Assembly: GCA_023213395.1 (NCBI GenBank) | Contig: CM041465.1 | Location: 184,209,741-184,273,740, forward strand | DNA length: 64,000 nucleotides | Origin: Cycas panzhihuaensis | Lineage: Eukaryota; Plantae; Cycadophyta | Direction: 5' to 3' | Program-made: the position numbers and the translations under genes | Shown: in pieces, positions 27,208-37,884 of the stretch | How the letters are laid out: every line of letters starts with the position of its first letter | How positions within the stretch are numbered: the first letter of the stretch is position 1 | The notes under the pieces: generated by a model | The model's database searches: none | Told to the model about the DNA's origin: nothing | The model's input: only the letters and a program-made list of their open reading frames with translations

Positions 27208-28417
27208 TATGCCTTTAAAATTACTACCGCAAGTATGAGATTAACTCAGTGACCGCCAGGTAGTTGCTCCTTTGTAGAAGATAAAAAAGTCACATTAAAG
27301 TGAAAGAGACTTTAAAGGATTAGTCTCCACTTTAATACATTCACTTTCAAAAGAAAGTCTTAAAACATATATGAATTCTTTGTCCCTCTGTTAAAAAAAT
27401 GTTTAAAAAAACAATTCAGTTTTGAGGATTATAGAGTCTTTGTAACAAGGGTTACAAACAACAAAAAAGAATATTCTAAAAGAATATTCTATTGGTTATA
27501 ACATAAAGTTATAACCTTACAAAGAATATTAAAAAAAAATATGTGATTAACGGATTTAACATCCGTTTGTCTTTGCGGCCGGCGGCGGCGGCTCCCGAGG
27601 CAGAGGGGGCGGCGGCTCCGAGGACGCGGCGGCGGCTCCCGAGGTGCGGCCCCAGACTCCGTGTGGCGGCGGGTGATGGCGGCGGTAGGGGGCATGACGG
27701 CTCCACCGAGATCGAGCCGCGGAAACTTCCGGAGGATCAGACGCTACTGGCTCCCACACGCGGCGACTAGGCAGGGGCGATTTAACGACGGGCAGCAGAA
27801 GCTTCCAGCGTTGGACGGCGGCGGGTTATCGACAGGCTACGCAGACTCGACGGCACCCCGTAGCGAGTTCAGAGTCGAAGTATTGAGGCGGCCCAAATCG
27901 GGAAGCAGAACAGAGAAAATACTTGCATGAAAAGCCCAAACAGGGTTTCTTATGTGCAAAGCAGTGATGGCTACTTGATATTGATGGCTGGAGCAAGGAG
28001 AGACTGAGAGTATTGCTTCCACTGTTTTTATGTCTTTCTCATATTTCAACCAGTGGACAGCATCTCATAAACATAGGATAGAACCTGGGACCAGTGTTTT
28101 TTTCACCATAGAACCTTGTTCTAATTATGGCAGAAATCAGAGACACACTTGGCTGAACACAAGCTCTGATACCATGTTAGAATGAGAGGATATAAGTTAA
28201 TCTCACAACATAAAATCACATGCAATAAGCAAGAGATGATAATACGTCAACAAGACTAAACTCTCCAATATTCTCATTAAAAAAAATCTCAATGATACAA
28301 GTACATATTTATAAGTTTGTATCATAACTAAACATAGGAGTTGGTTCAACGAACTCCCAACTTCCCTTTATTTTTGGTGTGCTCAAACTACCTCATTAAT
28401 AGTTGAGCATCTTTGAC

Positions 28418-28474
28418 TTCTAGAAGTTTGACTAGGAATCTCCTCTCACTAGAATATTCTAGTATAGAATATTC
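28418..28474 (-). promoter_or_regulatory. Heat-shock-element-like GAA/TTC array in U3 of the C 5' LTR (also at 23199-23255 in the 3' LTR)
   Basis: TTCtaGAAgtTTg and GAAtaTTCtaGtAtaGAAtaTTC, about 105-160 bp upstream of the minus-strand TATA (28306-28313). Confidence 0.5.
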
Positions 28475-29110
28475 CATGTGAGAACTTATTCTAATGAACC
28501 TAAATGAACTTAAATGAAATGAGAATGGAATGTGCATTATTTCTAACAGTCAATACTTGTTAAAAGGCAAGTTTGTGGTCAAAACCAATCATGATAGTCT
28601 CAAATACCTTTTAAACCAAAAACCATTATTGGATGAACAACATAAATGGGTAAGTAAACTTCAAACATTTGATTTCAACATTATTTACAAAAAGGAAAAA
28701 GAACATGTCATTGCAGGTGTGCTATCTCGAATTCTCGAGGACAATGGCAAGTAGGGGGATATATCCATGAAAGCCATTTTTGTAGTTACGCCAACTTGGA
28801 TGGGAGAATTAATTCAAGAACACCAAGATGACGCGATGTGCTAGGTAGCACTACAAGAGATCCACACCAAGGGAACAACAAAATATCAACTAAGAGGAAA
28901 TTTGATTCTACGAAAATGGAAGATCCTAGTACTCGCTATATTAGTAATCAAAACTAAGATACTCAACTAAGCTCATTCGTCCCTAATGGCTGGACATGCG
29001 GGGATTGTTAAAATCTATTGCCAAATTTCACGTTTTTTTGGAAAAGCATGAAAGCAAATGTCCACAAGCTTGTCTCGGAATGCGGTATATGTCAAAGAAA
29101 CAAAAGAGAA

Positions 29111-32100
29111 TGTTGAAATATTCAATGGAGAGCATTAAATATCAAGAACAATGGAACAAGTATCATGAACATAATGAAGATAGCATTGACTTAAAATCAT
29201 AATGTCTACATCACAGTGACACCACAACAATAACATCACAATAAACTCCATCTTGACTCAATGTATACTACTCTACCTCATTCACTTATTTATACATATA
29301 AGTGAGAATATGTAGAATGAGGTGAGTTACATCTGGGACTTTTAACCTCTAACGCAACTAATGACATAACACCTATTTATTGACCAATAACCTATAAACC
29401 ACTTACTTGCACAAATGTGCATTATATTAATATTATAATATCAACCTTTAAAGTCTAACACCTCCCCTTAATGCACATTTGGGATTTCTTGAATTTGCAA
29501 CGTCTTGTTCTTGGAATTGTCTTGAAAATAATGTCTTCAATTTGATCTTCAACTTCATTCCTGCAATGATGTCCTTGTAATAGTCTTTGAGAGTAATGGT
29601 CCTTGAACTTGACTTTCTTCATCTTCATGTGTAACACTGAGTTTTTCATCATACAAAAGGTATAGTAGATCATGGTTGTTCCAGTTTGAGCTTGGTATAG
29701 ATTTGGTAAGTAATCCTATAGGTAATCATCAAAAACATCTTGAAATTTGAAGTGTATGTCAAGCATGTCTTCAACCACTATTTCAATCATCACTTATATT
29801 TGCCTTCATTTTCTTCAACTTGTGAATAACCACCATCTATTGAACCAACATCAAAATTTGAAGGTAAGACATCAAAAGAGGAACTTACAACACTTGAAAC
29901 ACTTGAAAAATGAGCATTAACATCTTGTATGAGTTTTCTCTTTCGATTAGCATGTCCAACAATAATTCTTTCAACTTTTGGAGCAGAGTCTACATTAGAT
30001 TGTGAATAATTCAAATTAGAACCAATAGTCAAATTAGGAATTGAGTTTGTATCAACAAATTTATTTTCAACAAGGCAATTTGATTTGGATTCTTGCTCCC
30101 CTGAAATAATAGGGTCATCTAAAGAAACTTCTATTGCTTGATCATAATCATCAGTAGCATGCCCAACAATTTCAACAAGAGTAGTCTCTTTACATTCATC
30201 AATATCTTTTATTTCCTCATCAATATCTTAACATATTTTTCCCTTGTATCAATAGTACTATCTTCATCCTTTTTACCTGTATTATAAGCATCAATGATTT
30301 GGTTTGCCTTTTCAAGAATCTCTTTGACCTCTTGAGGGCTCTTTTCATGCACATCCTTTAAAAGATTCCGGGCTTCTTTGGCATTACCAACATTATGAAT
30401 TGCATGAATGAGAAAATGTGGTAAGAAGAAGGAAGATTATCTTTAGCAAATGCAACAAGCATAATATTAATTGTCATTTTGTTCTTCTTCCTAAAATTTT
30501 TCCCTCTATATCAATTAAGACAATACCATTAATGATGATTTTCCATAACCTTTTGTACGCAAATATACTTTCCATTTTAATTGCCCAATATCAAAAATTT
30601 GTTCCTGTGTACTTAGGTAAGGGAAAAGGCAAGTCTATTAATTAATACTTGTTCCTTTTAGGCAAAAAAACGATGATGTCATCTAACTCCATGATGTAAT
30701 AGTGAGTTGATCAGAAATACATCACGTAGAATTCATGCATGCACTTTAAACAAAAATAACTCCATCAAATCAACAACAAATACCTTCATATTATATATCA
30801 AAATGACTGTCTTTGAAATACGGTTCCAACGGTTTAGATAGTTTGCAAAATAGATGCTTGGATACAAAGATATGAAGAAAAACTTGCAAACACCCTTTTA
30901 TAAAGAACAAATTGATATCGTTAGAAGATTAGCCCCTTTAGAAGATTAGCAACAGGTCACATTAGGGCTCTATATGACCAAGGGCTTAACTGCTAGAGGG
31001 CTGGCAGATTTCAAATCACAATCCAATATTACTAAACTCAAATTTGATATTGCAAAAAAGATTAAATTCGCCTTACCCTTTCTTCACGTCTGTGGAATTC
31101 AAATTGTGTTCCAATTATATTAAATTTATCTCATCACTTAGAAAAAATAATAACCCTATCATCAAAATCAAATCTTTGCGTAGTCAAATTCTCTGCATGG
31201 TCGACGATGAACTGCAATGCCAAAAAAATCAATTGCAGGGATGAATTTAGATGATCAAATTAATAAATATTCACCTGGTGTAGCTTATATGATATATTTT
31301 AACTCCACATTGAATTTCAATGGTAGATTGACGTCGAAGGATAAATAGGATTGAGACAATCTTCACTTCACAGCGCACGTTTGCGCATAATAGGTCACAT
31401 TAGAATAGAGAGATCTCAGGCAAATCTCCATGAGAGGGCGCAAGGCACATGTAGGTATGATAGGAGCAACAACAACACAATCATTCATTGGCTCAGGACT
31501 CCTCAGGCGACAACGAAGGGTTGGAATGGTGGACTTCTCAAACCCTTAACGATGTGCTTGCATGTTGTCACGTTTGGCTTGTAGGTCATTATGTTTATAT
31601 ATTTGTTACACAGAGGTAGGCGGGCTAGCCGCCAACATTAAATGATATTGTATATTCGCTTCCACAGCTCAGTGCGGAGGTCATAGCATCTATTTGGGTA
31701 AATGACTTTAGGAAGTAGATTAAATGAACAAGATTTCTAAGCATAGTTTATCGCTCTGCATTGGCATTGGGCTTCTAGTTACCAACAATTGCTAATGCCA
31801 GAGCTAGAGTTATGAAGGCAGGCGTAATTTAGTGTCTAGTATCGAACAACACTCAGGTTGTCATGCGAGCAAGCATTCTTCTCATCTCTTTCTTCAATCT
31901 TTCAAAGCATCGGGTTACCTTGCATTCAATGTGATCTGAATTTGGCTCTTCAAAGATCTAGCACAAAACAAAGGTGCACTTCATGACCACAATAGGACTG
32001 GGAGGTCAAGCAACAACCCTCAAAGGTGAACAAGGCTTCATACAATACATACACCAATAAACCACAATGGTCAAAGATTTTTGGAATTTCACTCGAGGGC

Positions 32101-33677
32101 AAGGTCTACGGACAATCATCCCTCTCCTCTTCCTATAATGAGAGAGAATTCACTCAGACACTAGCGGATTCCAATTCTATCCTACAAAGGCATATCGAGC
32201 CAAGCAAGCTGTCTCCACTTCGTTTAGTATTGTTGACTCTCCTCTTCCTAAAATGAGAGAGAATTCACTCAGACACTAGCGGGTTCCAATTCTATTCTAC
32301 AAAGGCATATCGAGCCAAGCAAGCCATCTCTACTTTGCTTAGTATCGTTGACGCTCTTTGGTCCCGTTATCTTTTCAGTTTATCTAGGTTTTTCTTTGGT
32401 GATGCACAGGTGGCTAGACGCCTCTTTTCACAGTAGTCGGGGTTAGGTGTCTCTATGAACAATTCTTCTCTTCTGTTCAGGGTGTGATCCTTCCATGGCT
32501 AGGGTTTCATCCCACAGCTTTGACATCTGCAAATATACTTGGAGTGGATAGTAGATCTTCCTTTCTTTCCTCCGGCTAAGTAGGTCTTTCATTTGTAGCT
32601 TCTGGACGTTTGTGCTAACATATTCTTGTCCATTCAGAAATCTTTACTTAGATGGCTTCCCTCCTTTTTTTTTTAGATTTTAATAGAAGTAGATCCTTTC
32701 CACCAGGATTTCTTAGTAGCTAGGGTTTCAATATGAGACTATCTCCTCATTGGCTGTCATTCCTTCATGCATGTAAATGCCCTTCCAGTGGATAGATTTT
32801 TCTTCCTCTATGGTAGGTCCTTCATGACTATTCTCTTCACAAGCTATGGACAACTCTAAACTTCATGGCAGAGTTTCTCCATGCAAGACAATTTCACATA
32901 ACTTGGTAATTGATTTCAACTTCACTAGGCAAATATTTTCAATACAAACCCAAGGAGGTACAAAACCTTCACTTTGACCATACAAACCATAATTCAATGG
33001 CCAAGCAACTCGGATTTATTTATATGTCACCATTAATTTCAACTTCATAAAATCAAATCAACCAACTCTTTCACAAGGTAAACCCGGGCACAAAGCTTCC
33101 TTCAAAAAATAAGGTAAATGAACAATATTACTTGGTAAAAATTCTGTCTTGCATCAATTGCAATCACAACTTGGCACAACTTGCAACAAGGAGGGCCTTG
33201 AAGTTTCACCCTCTACAAGCAAAGCTACAGACTAGCAAACGACTCTATGGAGCCACCTCCACACTCATCCATAACCTAGTGAACTTGCAAAACGTTGAGC
33301 TTGACAAGCAACCCACTCTGATACCATGTTGAAATATTCAATGGAGATCATTCAATATCAAGAGCAATGGAATAAGTATCATGAACATAATTAAGATAAC
33401 ATTAACTCAAAATCATAATGTTTACATCACAATGACATGACAACAATAACATCACAATAAACTCCATCTTGACTCAATGTATTCTACTCTACCTCATTCA
33501 CTTATTTATACATCATAAGTGAGAATATGTAGGATGAGGTGAGTTACATGTGGAACTATTAACCTCTAACACAACTAATGACATAATACCTATTTATTGA
33601 CCAATAACTTATAAACCACTTACTTGCACAAATGTGCATTACATTAGTATTATAATATTGACCTCTAAAGTCTAATA
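29111..33677 (-). mobile_element. Element D: non-autonomous Gag-only Copia-like element (LTRs 29111-29460 and 33327-33677) inserted in the integrase zinc-finger region of A
   Basis: TSD gagaa/gcgaa; PBS reverse complement at 33315-33326; PPT aggggagg; decayed gag from ~30692 down to the PPT; no RT or INT. Confidence 0.92.
32122..32357 (+). repeat. 115-bp tandem duplication inside element D
   Basis: ctctcctcttccta.aatgagagagaattcactcagacactagcgg.ttccaattcta.. at 32122 and 32237. Confidence 0.9.
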
Positions 33678-34805
33678 GCGAAAATGTAAAGAATCTCATA
33701 TTACTCCAACCATTACATATACGTGAGTGGTAATGGGACGAGATCTCAATGGATTTCATAATAGGGCTATTGAATTCAGAAGGTAAGGATACAATCTTTG
33801 TCGTTGTCGATCACCTAACAAAATATGTCCACTTCCGAGGAATCCAAGAAATTGCCAAAGCAGAACAATTTGTCAAACTCTTCATCAAGGAGATCTATTG
33901 TCTCCATGGATCCCCAAAGGTGATAGTTAGTGACTGTAATCAGAAATTCACAAGCAATTTACGGCAGACGTTATTTACATTGGCAAGAACAAAACTATCC
34001 ATGAGCATGATGTACCATTCCTAGACAAATGGTCAATCGAAAGCAATATATAAATGTTTAGAAGGTTACTTACAAAATTTCACATCGGACAAGCAATAAC
34101 AGTGGCACTAGTGGCTTCACTTGGCCGAGTGGTGGTACAACACCACATACCACACTAATGCTAAAATGTCTCCATTTTGAGCATTATATGACTTTGAACC
34201 TCCATCTTTTCTTACATGGGCAAAGCCTACACGAGCCTAATCTGTTCAGGAACACTAAGAACAAATGTAGAGAACAATACAAATACTAAAAGATAACCTA
34301 AATCTAGCCAGGAATTAGATGAAACAATAGGCAAACCTACATAGAATGGAGAGGTCCGTTTTGCCAGGAGATTGGGTCTTCTTGAGATTTCAACCTTATA
34401 AACAAGCTACAATGAAACAATCGGGTAAGTACAAGTTACAACCTTGACTCTTTGGCCCATATTAGATCATAGCCAAGGTGGGAGAAGTAGCATATTGACT
34501 AAACATACCACTAGGCAGTTGTATCCATAATGTCTTCCACGTTTTGTGCCTCAAACAAAAGCTAGGACAAATTATCATTGCTCAAATGGAGCTGCTAGTT
34601 CTTGACGAAGAAGGAATATAATTATAGAACTAGAAGGCATCCTGTAGATTTGGACAAAAAAGCTATCATCGAGAGAAAGACAAGAGTACTTGATGAAATG
34701 GAAGACATTGGATCACGAAAATGCGACTTGGGAATTCAAGGAATGGTACTAGCAATATCTGAACCTTTCCTTGGTTTGAGGGTAAAACATGCTTTCAAGG
34801 GGAGG

Positions 34806-35173
34806 TGTTAGGTGTTAATTATATTAATGATAACTAGTTTTGAGTTAAGTTAGTTTCTAAACGATATGTGACGTTTCCGATATGTATATATATGTAAAAA
34901 GGGGCAATTGTGGGGTATGCAATGTGGCACATCCTAGCCCGAGCGGATGGTTCTGAACTTGCTTTTAGACGATCATATCCAACTTTTGTACATCCTGTTT
35001 TGATATAATAAAAGTAATATTGTGTATATTGTGTGGTACTTTGTGACCTGTCCATGCTGTAATGATTTGTATGTATATGGTGTAAATGATGTGGATGGTG
35101 TATAAATTAATTGAATTGTAGCCTCCCTCTATCCTTCTTCCCTAGTACGAACCCGTAGATTCAAGAGACAACA
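34806..35173. mobile_element. Solo LTR E inserted in the polypurine tract of A
   Basis: tgtta...aaca termini; TSD ggagg at 34801-05 and 35174-78. Confidence 0.8.
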
Positions 35174-37884
35174 GGAGGGACTTGTAGCATTCCCATTTTA
35201 GGATTATATCTAGTTGACTTCCAATACTATTCTAGTCGATCTTAGTATTAGGTTTAGTCTGGCTGGCCTCAAGAGTTGCCTATGGCCAACTTCTGTAATT
35301 GTTTTGGATGACTTTTATAATTATTTTGGTCGACTTCTTGAGTAAGCTCCCTAGCCACGTATTTATAGGGCTTTATGGCCTAGGTTTGGGCATCACTTGG
35401 AGAATCTTGGACCTACTATTAGCTTGGGCTTTATGGCCTGGAGGACACCTTGCCTCAAAGAGGGAGCCAATAGTTAAGCTTTCTGATCTATATAAAGTAG
35501 TATTCTTATTTATGTCTTATTGGTAGCATTCTACTTGAAATCTTCAGTCTCTTTGGCTCCTAAAAGTTGTAGATATTACATTATTTATTTCATTATTTGC
35601 TTTAGTACTTATTTAATTGAATAAAAACCTAGAAGATAAATTTGTATGTGGAGTTCCTCTGTGTTTGAGGTGTGAATTCCCCTAGGAATTCCCACAGTGA
35701 ATGCAATTTTGTTTTTGAGATTTGGAAACTTAAATCTCTAATGCAAAAATGATTTGCCATCAAATTTTAGAAAGAGAAGATAAGTCCAAGCACAAGCTAA
35801 TTGATAGACCATGGAAAAATAACCCCATTCATCAATCCAAAGTTCCAGCTTATGAAGCAGAATAAATGGCTCTAATTTATGTTTTTGATTTTTTGTCCAA
35901 GTAGCCTTCAAACATCTTTTCAAGATATTTTCCTTTCTTGGTTCTGCATTTGTCAGTGTTTATGTAGGAAACTTATATGATATAACTAGAGAAATTGATT
36001 AGATAATCGAAAGTTCTCCCATTCTTCAATTGGAGGTTGTAGCATATGAAATAGAATAAACAAACCTGATTTTACTGATATGAATTGCATTACAGCACGT
36101 TTGCTTGGTATATTTCAGCATTTCTGTCTTATCAACCTTCAAATATCTGGTAGGAACAATTGCTTTCCTACTGTTGCATCTAAAGGTGTTTATATGGGGG
36201 AACTTAGATGGTAAAACTAGAGAAATTAAATAGACAACCTTTTAGTTTTCTAGTTTTAATGTTCTTATTTTAATTATTTTTAGTATTTTCCAAGTGGATA
36301 AATTTCAAGGTTAGAGATCTTAATTAGGATAAAGCAATTGATGCTAACATAATTCTTGAATTAGACAACTTCGTATTTATAGATGACCCATGCTTTTGCA
36401 TGTATGAAATGTGCTTTTGGGTTCATTAAGTCTCCTTAGAGTTCATTCTTTTTGGCAGATTGGGTAGATTCTATCTCATTTTTAGTAATCTACTAGGATG
36501 CCAAATGTTACTCTAGAGAATTTTACAAAAACCAAGAGCACTACTATAGACTATAAACAAAGTTCAAAGTGGGCATTTCCCTGAAGATGAAGAAGTGAGT
36601 GCCGCATAAACACATTGGGCCAAATAACAGAAGATTGAAGAGTGGGAATATACCTAAACTGACAAACACATTATGTAGGGGAAACCTGGCTCCTCAAGCA
36701 ACCATCCCCTGATTCAAGAAGGAGACAATAAATCCACTTTATGTAGGGGGGATCCAATTTACTAAAGGTAGCTGGCAATTCCTATAAGACAATGTTCCAA
36801 GATTTCAAAAGTCATTGACTATATATAGCAAGAGATTGAGAGGTCGAGTTATACTTATACTCTTCTACGTGTTGTTTTAGCTATAAATAAGCTACGTAGA
36901 ATCCCATTTTCTATGCATTGATGAGTTGCAATCCCAAGTCAATGTTTGTTCTATAGTTTGTTGTCTATTGTCGAACTACAATGTTTGAGTATTCCAGCAT
37001 GTGCTCCCTTTATCCATACTTCAATTTGCTTAAGCATGGCATTACCATGGCTAACCCTTATTTCTCTATGTTTGTTTTTGAAAATAATTTGATTCCTTGT
37101 AATATTCTTGCTAGTAGCTTTCTAGTATCTGTTTTTGAACACATCCAATATTGCCTTTGTAGCATCGTATCCCAAGGCATGTGTCACTAGTTATTTTTCT
37201 CTGTCTAATTCTTTGCATAACCTGGTAATATGAATTTTGCTTCAAGGGGTCCCTAAAAGTCCTTGGGTAGAAGATTGCAAATTTGCAAGCCCAAGTGCCA
37301 ACGATGATCAATATCTATAATTTTCAATTTTGTTAAAAGCAAAAGATAATAATACCTAGTCCCCTCACAAAATCTTGTTTAGAACCATAACAAGGCGCAA
37401 TATTTGATTTACAAAGTGTAACAGAAAATTATGGAAACCAAACAAAGATTTTTTAGTTACCATAAACTTACAAAATATTATTGCAGCAAACACTAGTTTG
37501 GGACAACACAACAAAAGTTAAGAAAAGACTCCAAGATAGCCTTGATTGTTTTTGAAAGAGAAAAATAACAATGATAATGTAGAAACACTAAACAAGCAAT
37601 GAAGCCAAGAGAAAGTATAAGAGAACAACACAATTACGTGGAAAATCTTGGCAGAGTGCCAAGGTAAAAAACCATTGGGCAAAGGTCTCTCCTTTATTAG
37701 CAACAAGATTAGAAGTACATTTGTTTTTTTGTTTATCTCATAGATACAACAGCTTGATCGGACTTATATAAGAAAAACACTAACTCCAAAACTATGCTAA
37801 AAAACTGCGCTAAAAAGTTGCACTAGAAAAAAAATAAAAAACAATTTTTTGCTTTGTCTAAGGCCTATCAATTGTGTTTGAAAC

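Larger units (their letters stand above)
22956..28548 (-). mobile_element. Element C: young Ty1/Copia (374-bp LTRs 22956-23329 and 28175-28548) inserted in the RNase H of A
   Basis: TSD gtcaa on both sides; PBS tggtatcagagc (reverse complement at 28163-28174); PPT gggaggg; LTRs differ at one position by eye. Confidence 0.97.
15442..35696 (+). mobile_element. Element A: chromoviral Ty3/Gypsy, full length but decayed; LTRs 15442-15941 and 35183-35696; host of four insertions
   Basis: TG..CA LTR pair; TSD gtgaa (15437-41 / 35697-701); PBS tggcatcagagc at 15944; gag, LVDS protease, RT (YRMCIDY, YPISRID), RH (IAYESRKL, YDKEMLAI), INT (MDFIIGL, LAEWWYNT) and a chromodomain near 34600-34760. Confidence 0.95.

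Noticed and set aside
27489-27930. Cluster of Arg/Pro/Ala-rich short ORFs on both strands
   Set aside because: Expected from stop-codon scarcity in GC-rich repeats; no recognisable domain.
35702-37552. Possible DNA-transposon or LINE relics in the gap between A and G
   Set aside because: Only vague resemblance; no motif could be read with confidence.
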